In this document: piece by piece, positions 27,399 through 42,700 of the stretch
How the letters are laid out: each line of letters starts with the position of its first letter
How positions within the stretch are numbered: the stretch's first letter is position 1
DNA from: Eledone cirrhosa
Lineage: Eukaryota
DNA: 64,000 nt
Assembly (NCBI GenBank): GCA_964016885.1
Contig: OZ024740.1
Location: 280,054,001 to 280,118,000, forward strand
Direction: 5' to 3'
The notes under the pieces: model-generated
The model's database searches: none
Told to the model about the DNA's origin: nothing
What the model saw: only the letters and a program-made list of their open reading frames with translations
Translations under genes and position numbers: made by a program

Positions 27399-30300
27399 TT
27401 GTGGCTGTGGAACCAAACCGTGTTAAACGTCAACAAAGTCCGCCGGCGAATGGTGTGCTTCGAAGAAAACGAATCCAAAAATGACGATTTGCCGGCGGAG
27501 TTACCTTTTCAATCGCGGGCCGGCCGCCCGTGGTCGGATCGATCTGTAATTACTGGTACATGTGCAGACACTCATTGGCTATGTGTGCCGTGAATTTCAG
27601 CAAGATATCTCCGTAAAATCAATAGTTGTGGCTGTGGAACCAAACCGTGTTAAACGTCAACAAAGTCCGCCGGCGAATGGTGTGCTTCGAAGAAAACGAA
27701 TCCAAAAATGACGATTTGCCGGCGGAGTTACCTTTTCGATCGTGGGCCGGACGCCCGTGGTCGGATCGATCTGTAATTACTGGTATATGTGCAGACACAC
27801 ATTTGCTGTGTGTGGTGTGATTTTCAAGAAAAGCTGCCCATGCTAAATGCGGAAGCTGAAGTCCGCCGGCGAATGGTGTGCTTCGAAGAAAACGAATCCA
27901 AAAATGACGATTTGCCGGCGGAGTTACCTTTTCAATCGCGGGCCGGCCGCCCGTGGTCGGATCGATCTGTAATTACTGGTACATGTGCAGACACTCATTG
28001 GCTATGTGCGGCGTGAATTCCAGCAAGATATCTCCGTAACATCAATAGTTGTGGCTGTGGAACCAAACCGTGTTAAACGTCAACAAAGTCCGCCGGCGAA
28101 TGGTGTGCTTCGAAGAAAACGAATCCAAAAATGACGATTTGCCGGCGGAGTTACCTTTTCAATCGCGGGCCGGCCGCCCGTGGTCGGATCGATCTGTAAT
28201 TACTGGTTCATGTGCAGACACTCATTGGCTATGTGTGCCGTGAATTTCAGCAAGATATCTCCGTAAAATCAATAGTTGTGGCTGTGGAACCAAACCGTGT
28301 TAAACGTCAACAAAGTCCGCCGGCGAATGGTGTGCTTCGAAGAAAACGAATCCAAAAATGACGATTTGCCGGCGGAGTTACCTTTTCGATCGTGGGCCGG
28401 ACGCCCGTGGTCGGATCGATCTGTAATTACTGATATATGTGCAGACACACATTTGCTGTGTGTGGTGTGATTTTCAAGAAAAGCTGCCCATGCTAAATGC
28501 GGAAGCTGAAGTCCGCCGGCGAATGGTGTGCTTCGAAGAAAACGAATCCAAAAATGACGATTTGCCGGCGGAGTTACCTTTAAAACCGCGGGCCGGCCGC
28601 CCGTGGTCGGATCGATCTGTAATTACTGGTACATGTGCAGACACTCATTGGCTATGTGCGGCGTGAATTCCAGCAAGATATCTCCGTAACATCAATAGTT
28701 GTGGCTGTGGAACCAAACCGTGTTAAACGTCAACAAAGTCCGCCGGCGAATGGTGTGCTTCGAAGAAAACGAATCCAAAAATGACGATTTGCCGGCGGAG
28801 TTACCTTTTCAATCGCGGGCCGGCCGCCCGTGGTCGGATCGATCTGTAATTACTGGTACATGTGCAGACACTCATTGGCTATGTGTGCCGTGAATTTCAG
28901 CAAGATATCTCCGTAAAATCAATAGTTGTGGCTGTGGAACCAAACCGTGTTAAACGTCAACAAAGTCCGCCGGCGAATGGTGTGCTTCGAAGAAAACGAA
29001 TCCAAAAATGACGATTTGCCGGCGGAGTTACCTTTTCGATCGTGGGCCGGACGCCCGTGGTCGGATCGATCTGTAATTACTGATATATGTGCAGACACAC
29101 ATTTGCTGTGTGTGGTGTGATTTTCAAGAAAAGCTGCCCATGCTAAATGCGGAAGCTGAAGTCCGCCGGCGAATGGTGTGCTTCGAAGAAAACGAATCCA
29201 AAAATGACGATTTGCCGGCGGAGTTACCTTTAAAACCGCGGGCCGGCCGCCCGTGGTCGGATCGATCTGTAATTACTGGTACATGTGCAGACACTCATTG
29301 GCTATGTGCGGCGTGAATTCCAGCAAGATATCTCCGTAACATCAATAGTTGTGGCTGTGGAACCAAACCGTGTTAAACGTCAACAAAGTCCGCCGGCGAA
29401 TGGTGTGCTTCGAAGAAAACGAATCCAAAAATGACGATTTGCCGGCGGAGTTACCTTTTCAATCGCGGGCCGGCCGCCCGTGGTCGGATCGATCTGTAAT
29501 TACTGGTACATGTGCAGACACTCATTGGCTATGTGTGCCGTGAATTTCAGCAAGATATCTCCGTAAAATCAATAGTTGTGGCTGTGGAACCAAACCGTGT
29601 TAAACGTCAACAAAGTCCGCCGGCGAATGGTGTGCTTCGAAGAAAACGAATCCAAAAATGACGATTTGCCGGCGGAGTTACCTTTTCGATCGTGGGCCGG
29701 ACGCCCGTGGTCGGATCGATCTGTAATTACTGGTATATGTGCAGACACACATTTGCTGTGTGTGGTGTGATTTTCAAGAAAAGCTGCCCATGCTAAATGC
29801 GGAAGCTGAAGTCCGCCGGCGAATGGTGTGCTTCGAAGAAAACGAATCCAAAAATGACGATTTGCCGGCGGAGTTACCTTTTCAATCGCGGGCCGGCCGC
29901 CCGTGGTCGGATCGATCTGTAATTACTGGTACATGTGCAGACACTCATTGGCTATGTGCGGCGTGAATTCCAGCAAGATATCTCCGTAACATCAATAGTT
30001 GTGGCTGTGGAACCAAACCGTGTTAAACGTCAACAAAGTCCGCCGGCGAATGGTGTGCTTCGAAGAAAACGAATCCAAAAATGACGATTTGCCGGCGGAG
30101 TTACCTTTTCAATCGCGGGCCGGCCGCCCGTGGTCGGATCGATCTGTAATTACTGGTTCATGTGCAGACACTCATTGGCTATGTGTGCCGTGAATTTCAG
30201 CAAGATATCTCCGTAAAATCAATAGTTGTGGCTGTGGAACCAAACCGTGTTAAACGTCAACAAAGTCCGCCGGCGAATGGTGTGCTTCGAAGAAAACGAA

Positions 30301-33300
30301 TCCAAAAATGACGATTTGCCGGCGGAGTTACCTTTTCGATCGTGGGCCGGACGCCCGTGGTCGGATCGATCTGTAATTACTGATATATGTGCAGACACAC
30401 ATTTGCTGTGTGTGGTGTGATTTTCAAGAAAAGCTGCCCATGCTAAATGCGGAAGCTGAAGTCCGCCGGCGAATGGTGTGCTTCGAAGAAAACGAATCCA
30501 AAAATGACGATTTGCCGGCGGAGTTACCTTTTCAATCGCGGGCCGGCCGCCCGTGGTCGGATCGATCTGTAATTACTGGTACATGTGCAGACACTCATTG
30601 GCTATGTGCGGCGTGAATTCCAGCAAGATATCTCCGTAACATCAATAGTTGTGGCTGTGGAACCAAACCGTGTTAAACGTCAACAAAGTCCGCCGGCGAA
30701 TGGTGTGCTTCGAAGAAAACGAATCCAAAAATGACGATTTGCCGGCGGAGTTACCTTTTCAATCGCGGGCCGGCCGCCCGTGGTCGGATCGATCTGTAAT
30801 TACTGGTACATGTGCAGACACTCATTGGCTATGTGTGCCGTGAATTTCAGCAAGATATCTCCGTAAAATCAATAGTTGTGGCTGTGGAACCAAACCGTGT
30901 TAAACGTCAACAAAGTCCGCCGGCGAATGGTGTGCTTCGAAGAAAACGAATCCAAAAATGACGATTTGCCGGCGGAGTTACCTTTTCAATCGCGGGCCGG
31001 CCGCCCGTGGTCGGATCGATCTGTAATTACTGGTACATGTGCAGACACTCATTGGCTATGTGCGGCGTGAATTCCAGCAAGATATCTCCGTAAAATCAAT
31101 AGTTGTGGCTGTGGAACCAAACCGTGTTAAACGTCAACAAAGTCCGCCGGCGAATGGTGTGCTTCGAAGAAAACGAATCCAAAAATGACGATTTGCCGGC
31201 GGAGTTACCTTTTCAATCGCGGGCCGGCCGCCCGTGGTCGGATCGATCTGTAATTACTGGTACATGTGCAGACACTCATTGGCTATGTGTGCCGTGAATT
31301 TCAGCAAGATATCTCCGTAAAATCAATAGTTGTGGCTGTGGAACCAAACCGTGTTAAACGTCAACAAAGTCCGCCGGCGAATGGTGTGCTTCGAAGAAAA
31401 CGAATCCAAAAATGACGATTTGCCGGCGGAGTTACCTTTTCGATCGTGGGCCGGACGCCCGTGGTCGGATCGATCTGTAATTACTGGTATATGTGCAGAC
31501 ACACATTTGCTGTGTGTGGTGTGATTTTCAAGAAAAGCTGCCCATGCTAAATGCGGAAGCTGAAGTCCGCCGGCGAATGGTGTGCTTCGAAGAAAACGAA
31601 TCCAAAAATGACGATTTGCCGGCGGAGTTACCTTTTCAATCGCGGGCCGGCCGCCCGTGGTCGGATCGATCTGTAATTACTGGTACATGTGCAGACACTC
31701 ATTGGCTATGTGCGGCGTGAATTCCAGCAAGATATCTCCGTAACATCAATAGTTGTGGCTGTGGAACCAAACCGTGTTAAACGTCAACAAAGTCCGCCGG
31801 CGAATGGTGTGCTTCGAAGAAAACGAATCCAAAAATGACGATTTGCCGGCGGAGTTACCTTTTCAATCGCGGGCCGGCCGCCCGTGGTCGGATCGATCTG
31901 TAATTACTGGTTCATGTGCAGACACTCATTGGCTATGTGTGCCGTGAATTTCAGCAAGATATCTCCGTAAAATCAATAGTTGTGGCTGTGGAACCAAACC
32001 GTGTTAAACGTCAACAAAGTCCGCCGGCGAATGGTGTGCTTCGAAGAAAACGAATCCAAAAATGACGATTTGCCGGCGGAGTTACCTTTTCGATCGTGGG
32101 CCGGACGCCCGTGGTCGGATCGATCTGTAATTACTGATATATGTGCAGACACACATTTGCTGTGTGTGGTGTGATTTTCAAGAAAAGCTGCCCATGCTAA
32201 ATGCGGAAGCTGAAGTCCGCCGGCGAATGGTGTGCTTCGAAGAAAACGAATCCAAAAATGACGATTTGCCGGCGGAGTTACCTTTAAAACCGCGGGCCGG
32301 CCGCCCGTGGTCGGATCGATCTGTAATTACTGGTACATGTGCAGACACTCATTGGCTATGTGCGGCGTGAATTCCAGCAAGATATCTCCGTAACATCAAT
32401 AGTTGTGGCTGTGGAACCAAACCGTGTTAAACGTCAACAAAGTCCGCCGGCGAATGGTGTGCTTCGAAGAAAACGAATCCAAAAATGACGATTTGCCGGC
32501 GGAGTTACCTTTTCAATCGCGGGCCGGCCGCCCGTGGTCGGATCGATCTGTAATTACTGGTACATGTGCAGACACTCATTGGCTATGTGTGCCGTGAATT
32601 TCAGCAAGATATCTCCGTAAAATCAATAGTTGTGGCTGTGGAACCAAACCGTGTTAAACGTCAACAAAGTCCGCCGGCGAATGGTGTGCTTCGAAGAAAA
32701 CGAATCCAAAAATGACGATTTGCCGGCGGAGTTACCTTTTCGATCGTGGGCCGGACGCCCGTGGTCGGATCGATCTGTAATTACTGATATATGTGCAGAC
32801 ACACATTTGCTGTGTGTGGTGTGATTTTCAAGAAAAGCTGCCCATGCTAAATGCGGAAGCTGAAGTCCGCCGGCGAATGGTGTGCTTCGAAGAAAACGAA
32901 TCCAAAAATGACGATTTGCCGGCGGAGTTACCTTTAAAACCGCGGGCCGGCCGCCCGTGGTCGGATCGATCTGTAATTACTGGTACATGTGCAGACACTC
33001 ATTGGCTATGTGCGGCGTGAATTCCAGCAAGATATCTCCGTAACATCAATAGTTGTGGCTGTGGAACCAAACCGTGTTAAACGTCAACAAAGTCCGCCGG
33101 CGAATGGTGTGCTTCGAAGAAAACGAATCCAAAAATGACGATTTGCCGGCGGAGTTACCTTTTCAATCGCGGGCCGGCCGCCCGTGGTCGGATCGATCTG
33201 TAATTACTGGTACATGTGCAGACACTCATTGGCTATGTGTGCCGTGAATTTCAGCAAGATATCTCCGTAAAATCAATAGTTGTGGCTGTGGAACCAAACC

Positions 33301-36300
33301 GTGTTAAACGTCAACAAAGTCCGCCGGCGAATGGTGTGCTTCGAAGAAAACGAATCCAAAAATGACGATTTGCCGGCGGAGTTACCTTTTCGATCGTGGG
33401 CCGGACGCCCGTGGTCGGATCGATCTGTAATTACTGGTATATGTGCAGACACACATTTGCTGTGTGTGGTGTGATTTTCAAGAAAAGCTGCCCATGCTAA
33501 ATGCGGAAGCTGAAGTCCGCCGGCGAATGGTGTGCTTCGAAGAAAACGAATCCAAAAATGACGATTTGCCGGCGGAGTTACCTTTTCAATCGCGGGCCGG
33601 CCGCCCGTGGTCGGATCGATCTGTAATTACTGGTACATGTGCAGACACTCATTGGCTATGTGCGGCGTGAATTCCAGCAAGATATCTCCGTAACATCAAT
33701 AGTTGTGGCTGTGGAACCAAACCGTGTTAAACGTCAACAAAGTCCGCCGGCGAATGGTGTGCTTCGAAGAAAACGAATCCAAAAATGACGATTTGCCGGC
33801 GGAGTTACCTTTTCAATCGCGGGCCGGCCGCCCGTGGTCGGATCGATCTGTAATTACTGGTTCATGTGCAGACACTCATTGGCTATGTGTGCCGTGAATT
33901 TCAGCAAGATATCTCCGTAAAATCAATAGTTGTGGCTGTGGAACCAAACCGTGTTAAACGTCAACAAAGTCCGCCGGCGAATGGTGTGCTTCGAAGAAAA
34001 CGAATCCAAAAATGACGATTTGCCGGCGGAGTTACCTTTTCGATCGTGGGCCGGACGCCCGTGGTCGGATCGATCTGTAATTACTGATATATGTGCAGAC
34101 ACACATTTGCTGTGTGTGGTGTGATTTTCAAGAAAAGCTGCCCATGCTAAATGCGGAAGCTGAAGTCCGCCGGCGAATGGTGTGCTTCGAAGAAAACGAA
34201 TCCAAAAATGACGATTTGCCGGCGGAGTTACCTTTTCAATCGCGGGCCGGCCGCCCGTGGTCGGATCGATCTGTAATTACTGGTACATGTGCAGACACTC
34301 ATTGGCTATGTGCGGCGTGAATTCCAGCAAGATATCTCCGTAACATCAATAGTTGTGGCTGTGGAACCAAACCGTGTTAAACGTCAACAAAGTCCGCCGG
34401 CGAATGGTGTGCTTCGAAGAAAACGAATCCAAAAATGACGATTTGCCGGCGGAGTTACCTTTTCAATCGCGGGCCGGCCGCCCGTGGTCGGATCGATCTG
34501 TAATTACTGGTACATGTGCAGACACTCATTGGCTATGTGTGCCGTGAATTTCAGCAAGATATCTCCGTAAAATCAATAGTTGTGGCTGTGGAACCAAACC
34601 GTGTTAAACGTCAACAAAGTCCGCCGGCGAATGGTGTGCTTCGAAGAAAACGAATCCAAAAATGACGATTTGCCGGCGGAGTTACCTTTTCGATCGTGGG
34701 CCGGACGCCCGTGGTCGGATCGATCTGTAATTACTGGTATATGTGCAGACACACATTTGCTGTGTGTGGTGTGATTTTCAAGAAAAGCTGCCCATGCTAA
34801 ATGCGGAAGCTGAAGTCCGCCGGCGAATGGTGTGCTTCGAAGAAAACGAATCCAAAAATGACGATTTGCCGGCGGAGTTACCTTTTCAATCGCGGGCCGG
34901 CCGCCCGTGGTCGGATCGATCTGTAATTACTGGTACATGTGCAGACACTCATTGGCTATGTGCGGCGTGAATTCCAGCAAGATATCTCCGTAACATCAAT
35001 AGTTGTGGCTGTGGAACCAAACCGTGTTAAACGTCAACAAAGTCCGCCGGCGAATGGTGTGCTTCGAAGAAAACGAATCCAAAAATGACGATTTGCCGGC
35101 GGAGTTACCTTTTCAATCGCGGGCCGGCCGCCCGTGGTCGGATCGATCTGTAATTACTGGTTCATGTGCAGACACTCATTGGCTATGTGTGCCGTGAATT
35201 TCAGCAAGATATCTCCGTAAAATCAATAGTTGTGGCTGTGGAACCAAACCGTGTTAAACGTCAACAAAGTCCGCCGGCGAATGGTGTGCTTCGAAGAAAA
35301 CGAATCCAAAAATGACGATTTGCCGGCGGAGTTACCTTTTCGATCGTGGGCCGGACGCCCGTGGTCGGATCGATCTGTAATTACTGATATATGTGCAGAC
35401 ACACATTTGCTGTGTGTGGTGTGATTTTCAAGAAAAGCTGCCCATGCTAAATGCGGAAGCTGAAGTCCGCCGGCGAATGGTGTGCTTCGAAGAAAACGAA
35501 TCCAAAAATGACGATTTGCCGGCGGAGTTACCTTTTCAATCGCGGGCCGGCCGCCCGTGGTCGGATCGATCTGTAATTACTGGTACATGTGCAGACACTC
35601 ATTGGCTATGTGCGGCGTGAATTCCAGCAAGATATCTCCGTAACATCAATAGTTGTGGCTGTGGAACCAAACCGTGTTAAACGTCAACAAAGTCCGCCGG
35701 CGAATGGTGTGCTTCGAAGAAAACGAATCCAAAAATGACGATTTGCCGGCGGAGTTACCTTTTCAATCGCGGGCCGGCCGCCCGTGGTCGGATCGATCTG
35801 TAATTACTGGTACATGTGCAGACACTCATTGGCTATGTGTGCCGTGAATTTCAGCAAGATATCTCCGTAAAATCAATAGTTGTGGCTGTGGAACCAAACC
35901 GTGTTAAACGTCAACAAAGTCCGCCGGCGAATGGTGTGCTTCGAAGAAAACGAATCCAAAAATGACGATTTGCCGGCGGAGTTACCTTTTTGATCGTGGG
36001 CCGGACGCCCGTGGTCGGATCGATCTGTAATTACTGGTATATGTGCAGACACACATTTGCTGTGTGTGGTGTGATTTTCAAGAAAAGCTGCCCATGCTAA
36101 ATGCGGAAGCTGAAGTCCGCCGGCGAATGGTGTGCTTCGAAGAAAACGAATCCAAAAATGACGATTTGCCGGCGGAGTTACCTTTTCAATCGCGGGCCGG
36201 CCGCCCGTGGTCGGATCGATCTGTAATTACTGGTACATGTGCAGACACTCATTGGCTATGTGCGGCGTGAATTCCAGCAAGATATCTCCGTAACATCAAT

Positions 36301-39300
36301 AGTTGTGGCTGTGGAACCAAACCGTGTTAAACGTCAACAAAGTCCGCCGGCGAATGGTGTGCTTCGAAGAAAACGAATCCAAAAATGACGATTTGCCGGC
36401 GGAGTTACCTTTTCAATCGCGGGCCGGCCGCCCGTGGTCGGATCGATCTGTAATTACTGGTAATTGTGCAGACACTCATTGGCTATGTGCGGCGTGAATT
36501 CCAGCAAGATATCTCCGTAAAATCAATAGTTGTGGCTGTGGAACCAAACCGTGTTAAACGTCAACAAAGTCCGCCGGCGAATGGTGTGCTTCGAAGAAAA
36601 CGAATCCAAAAATGACGATTTGCCGGCGGAGTTACCTTTTCAATCGCGGGCCGGCCGCCCGTGGTCGGATCGATCTGTAATTACTGGTACATGTGCAGAC
36701 ACTCATTGGCTATGTGTGCCGTGAATTTCAGCAAGATATCTCCGTAAAATCAATAGTTGTGGCTGTGGAACCAAACCGTGTTAAACGTCAACAAAGTCCG
36801 CCGGCGAATGGTGTGCTTCGAAGAAAACGAATCCAAAAATGACGATTTGCCGGCGGAGTTACCTTTTCGATCGTGGGCCGGACGCCCGTGGTCGGATCGA
36901 TCTGTAATTACTGGTATATGTGCAGACACACATTTGCTGTGTGTGGTGTGATTTTCAAGAAAAGCTGCCCATGCTAAATGCGGAAGCTGAAGTCCGCCGG
37001 CGAATGGTGTGCTTCGAAGAAAACGAATCCAAAAATGACGATTTGCCGGCGGAGTTACCTTTTCAATCGCGGGCCGGCCGCCCGTGGTCGGATCGATCTG
37101 TAATTACTGGTACATGTGCAGACACTCATTGGCTATGTGCGGCGTGAATTCCAGCAAGATATCTCCGTAACATCAATAGTTGTGGCTGTGGAACCAAACC
37201 GTGTTAAACGTCAACAAAGTCCGCCGGCGAATGGTGTGCTTCGAAGAAAACGAATCCAAAAATGACGATTTGCCGGCGGAGTTACCTTTTCAATCGCGGG
37301 CCGGCCGCCCGTGGTCGGATCGATCTGTAATTACTGGTTCATGTGCAGACACTCATTGGCTATGTGTGCCGTGAATTTCAGCAAGATATCTCCGTAAAAT
37401 CAATAGTTGTGGCTGTGGAACCAAACCGTGTTAAACGTCAACAAAGTCCGCCGGCGAATGGTGTGCTTCGAAGAAAACGAATCCAAAAATGACGATTTGC
37501 CGGCGGAGTTACCTTTTCGATCGTGGGCCGGACGCCCGTGGTCGGATCGATCTGTAATTACTGATATATGTGCAGACACACATTTGCTGTGTGTGGTGTG
37601 ATTTTCAAGAAAAGCTGCCCATGCTAAATGCGGAAGCTGAAGTCCGCCGGCGAATGGTGTGCTTCGAAGAAAACGAATCCAAAAATGACGATTTGCCGGC
37701 GGAGTTACCTTTAAAACCGCGGGCCGGCCGCCCGTGGTCGGATCGATCTGTAATTACTGGTACATGTGCAGACACTCATTGGCTATGTGCGGCGTGAATT
37801 CCAGCAAGATATCTCCGTAACATCAATAGTTGTGGCTGTGGAACCAAACCGTGTTAAACGTCAACAAAGTCCGCCGGCGAATGGTGTGCTTCGAAGAAAA
37901 CGAATCCAAAAATGACGATTTGCCGGCGGAGTTACCTTTTCAATCGCGGGCCGGCCGCCCGTGGTCGGATCGATCTGTAATTACTGGTACATGTGCAGAC
38001 ACTCATTGGCTATGTGTGCCGTGAATTTCAGCAAGATATCTCCGTAAAATCAATAGTTGTGGCTGTGGAACCAAACCGTGTTAAACGTCAACAAAGTCCG
38101 CCGGCGAATGGTGTGCTTCGAAGAAAACGAATCCAAAAATGACGATTTGCCGGCGGAGTTACCTTTTCGATCGTGGGCCGGACGCCCGTGGTCGGATCGA
38201 TCTGTAATTACTGGTATATGTGCAGACACACATTTGCTGTGTGTGGTGTGATTTTCAAGAAAAGCTGCCCATGCTAAATGCGGAAGCTGAAGTCCGCCGG
38301 CGAATGGTGTGCTTCGAAGAAAACGAATCCAAAAATGACGATTTGCCGGCGGAGTTACCTTTTCAATCGCGGGCCGGCCGCCCGTGGTCGGATCGATCTG
38401 TAATTACTGGTACATGTGCAGACACTCATTGGCTATGTGCGGCGTGAATTCCAGCAAGATATCTCCGTAACATCAATAGTTGTGGCTGTGGAACCAAACC
38501 GTGTTAAACGTCAACAAAGTCCGCCGGCGAATGGTGTGCTTCGAAGAAAACGAATCCAAAAATGACGATTTGCCGGCGGAGTTACCTTTTCAATCGCGGG
38601 CCGGCCGCCCGTGGTCGGATCGATCTGTAATTACTGGTTCATGTGCAGACACTCATTGGCTATGTGTGCCGTGAATTTCAGCAAGATATCTCCGTAAAAT
38701 CAATAGTTGTGGCTGTGGAACCAAACCGTGTTAAACGTCAACAAAGTCCGCCGGCGAATGGTGTGCTTCGAAGAAAACGAATCCAAAAATGACGATTTGC
38801 CGGCGGAGTTACCTTTTCGATCGTGGGCCGGACGCCCGTGGTCGGATCGATCTGTAATTACTGATATATGTGCAGACACACATTTGCTGTGTGTGGTGTG
38901 ATTTTCAAGAAAAGCTGCCCATGCTAAATGCGGAAGCTGAAGTCCGCCGGCGAATGGTGTGCTTCGAAGAAAACGAATCCAAAAATGACGATTTGCCGGC
39001 GGAGTTACCTTTTCAATCGCGGGCCGGCCGCCCGTGGTCGGATCGATCTGTAATTACTGGTACATGTGCAGACACTCATTGGCTATGTGCGGCGTGAATT
39101 CCAGCAAGATATCTCCGTAACATCAATAGTTGTGGCTGTGGAACCAAACCGTGTTAAACGTCAACAAAGTCCGCCGGCGAATGGTGTGCTTCGAAGAAAA
39201 CGAATCCAAAAATGACGATTTGCCGGCGGAGTTACCTTTTCAATCGCGGGCCGGCCGCCCGTGGTCGGATCGATCTGTAATTACTGGTACATGTGCAGAC

Positions 39301-39779
39301 ACTCATTGGCTATGTGTGCCGTGAATTTCAGCAAGATATCTCCGTAAAATCAATAGTTGTGGCTGTGGAACCAAACCGTGTTAAACGTCAACAAAGTCCG
39401 CCGGCGAATGGTGTGCTTCGAAGAAAACGAATCCAAAAATGACGATTTGCCGGCGGAGTTACCTTTTTGATCGTGGGCCGGACGCCCGTGGTCGGATCGA
39501 TCTGTAATTACTGGTATATGTGCAGACACACATTTGCTGTGTGTGGTGTGATTTTCAAGAAAAGCTGCCCATGCTAAATGCGGAAGCTGAAGTCCGCCGG
39601 CGAATGGTGTGCTTCGAAGAAAACGAATCCAAAAATGACGATTTGCCGGCGGAGTTACCTTTTCAATCGCGGGCCGGCCGCCCGTGGTCGGATCGATCTG
39701 TAATTACTGGTACATGTGCAGACACTCATTGGCTATGTGCGGCGTGAATTCCAGCAAGATATCTCCGTAACATCAATAG
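27399..39779. repeat. Zone of 650-bp (2A+1B) units, with a 3704-bp super-period
   Basis: B ORFs recur every 650 bp over 27789-30389, 31493-36043 and 36920-39520. The marker pattern (GGTTCA, ACTGAT, AAAACCGCG) at 27172-30875 is repeated 3704 bp later. Confidence 0.92.
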
Positions 39780-42700
39780 TTGTGGCTGTGGAACCAAACC
39801 GTGTTAAACGTCAACAAAGTCCGCCGGCGAATGGTGTGCTTCGAAGAAAACGAATCCAAAAATGACGATTTGCCGGCGGAGTTACCTTTTCAATCGCGGG
39901 CCGGCCGCCCGTGGTCGGATCGATCTGTAATTACTGGTACATGTGCAGACACTCATTGGCTATGTGCGGCGTGAATTTCAGCAAGATATCTCCGTAAAAT
40001 CAATAGTTGTGGCTGTGGAACCAAACCGTGTTAAACGTCAACAAAGTCCGCCGGCGAATGGTGTGCTTCGAAGAAAACGAATCCAAAAATGACGATTTGC
40101 CGGCGGAGTTACCTTTAAAATCGCGGGCCGGCCGCCCGTGGTCGGATCGATCTGTAATTACTGGTACATGTGCAGACACTCATTGGCTATGTGCGGCGTG
40201 AATTCCAGCAAGATATCTCCGTAACATCAATAGTTGTGGCTGTGGAACCAAACCGTGTTAAACGTCAACAAAGTCCGCCGGCGAATGGTGTGCTTCGAAG
40301 AAAACGAATCCAAAAATGACGATTTGCCGGCGGAGTTACCTTTTCAATCGCGGGCCGGCCGCCCGTGGTCGGATCGATCTGTAATTACTGGTACATGTGC
40401 AGACACTCATTGGCTATGTGTGCCGTGAATTTCAGCAAGATATCTCCGTAAAATCAATAGTTGTGGCTGTGGAACCAAACCGTGTTAAACGTCAACAAAG
40501 TCCGCCGGCGAATGGTGTGCTTCGAAGAAAACGAATCCAAAAATGACGATTTGCCGGCGGAGTTACCTTTTCGATCGTGGGCCGGACGCCGGTGGTCGGA
40601 TCGATCTGTAATTACTGGTATATGTGCAGACACACATTTGCTGTGTGTGGTGTGATTTTCAAGAAAAGCTGCCCATGCTAAATGCGGAAGCTGAAGACGG
40701 CCGGCGAATGGTGTGCTTCGAAGAAAACGAATCCAAAAATGACGATTTGCCGGCGGAGTTACCTTTTCAATCGCGGGCCGGCCGCCCGTGGTCGGATCGA
40801 TCTGTAATTACTGGTACATGTGCAGACACTCATTGGCTATGTGCGGCGTGAATTCCAGCAAGATATCTCCGTAACATCAATAGTTGTGGCTGTGGAACCA
40901 AACCGTGTTAAACGTCAACAAAGTCCGCCGGCGAATGGTGTGCTTCGAAGAAAACGAATCCAAAAATGACGATTTGCCGGCGGAGTTACCTTTTCAATCG
41001 CGGGCCGGACGCCCGTGGTCGGATCGATCTGTAATTACTGGTATATGTGCAGACACACATTTGCTGTGTGTGGTGTGATTTTCAAGAAAAGCTGCCCATG
41101 CTAAATGCGGAAGCTGAAGTCCGCCGGCGAATGGTGTGCTTCGAAGAAAACGAATCCAAAAATGACGATTTGCCGGCGGAGTTACCTTTTCAATCGCGGG
41201 CCGGCCGCCCGTGGTCGGATCGATCTGTAATTACTGGTACATGTGCAGACACTCATTGGCTATGTGCGGCGTGAATTCCAGCAAGATATCTCCGTAACAT
41301 CAATAGTTGTGGCTGTGGAACCAAACCGTGTTAAACGTCAACAAAGTCCGCCGGCGAATGGTGTGCTTCGAAGAAAACGAATCCAAAAATGACGATTTGC
41401 CGGCGGAGTTACCTTTTCAATCGCGGGCCGGCCGCCCGTGGTCGGATCGATCTGTAATTACTGGTACATGTGCAGACACTCATTGGCTATGTGCGGCGTG
41501 AATTTCAGCAAGATATCTCCGTAAAATCAATAGTTGTGGCTGTGGAACCAAACCGTGTTAAACGTCAACAAAGTCCGCCGGCGAATGGTGTGCTTCGAAG
41601 AAAACGAATCCAAAAATGACGATTTGCCGGCGGAGTTACCTTTAAAATCGCGGGCCGGCCGCCCGTGGTCGGATCGATCTGTAATTACTGGTACATGTGC
41701 AGACACTCATTGGCTATGTGCGGCGTGAATTCCAGCAAGATATCTCCGTAACATCAATAGTTGTGGCTGTGGAACCAAACCGTGTTAAACGTCAACAAAG
41801 TCCGCCGGCGAATGGTGTGCTTCGAAGAAAACGAATCCAAAAATGACGATTTGCCGGCGGAGTTACCTTTTCAATCGCGGGCCGGCCGCCCGTGGTCGGA
41901 TCGATCTGTAATTACTGGTACATGTGCAGACACTCATTGGCTATGTGTGCCGTGAATTTCAGCAAGATATCTCCGTAAAATCAATAGTTGTGGCTGTGGA
42001 ACCAAACCGTGTTAAACGTCAACAAAGTCCGCCGGCGAATGGTGTGCTTCGAAGAAAACGAATCCAAAAATGACGATTTGCCGGCGGAGTTACCTTTTCG
42101 ATCGTGGGCCGGACGCCGGTGGTCGGATCGATCTGTAATTACTGGTATATGTGCAGACACACATTTGCTGTGTGTGGTGTGATTTTCAAGAAAAGCTGCC
42201 CATGCTAAATGCGGAAGCTGAAGACGGCCGGCGAATGGTGTGCTTCGAAGAAAACGAATCCAAAAATGACGATTTGCCGGCGGAGTTACCTTTTCAATCG
42301 CGGGCCGGCCGCCCGTGGTCGGATCGATCTGTAATTACTGGTACATGTGCAGACACTCATTGGCTATGTGCGGCGTGAATTCCAGCAAGATATCTCCGTA
42401 ACATCAATAGTTGTGGCTGTGGAACCAAACCGTGTTAAACGTCAACAAAGTCCGCCGGCGAATGGTGTGCTTCGAAGAAAACGAATCCAAAAATGACGAT
42501 TTGCCGGCGGAGTTACCTTTTCAATCGCGGGCCGGCCGCCCGTGGTCGGATCGATCTGTAATTACTGGTACATGTGCAGACACTCATTGGCTATGTGTGC
42601 CGTGAATTTCAGCAAGATATCTCCGTAAAATCAATAGTTGTGGCTGTGGAACCAAACCGTGTTAAACGTCAACAAAGTCCGCCGGCGAATGGTGTGCTTC

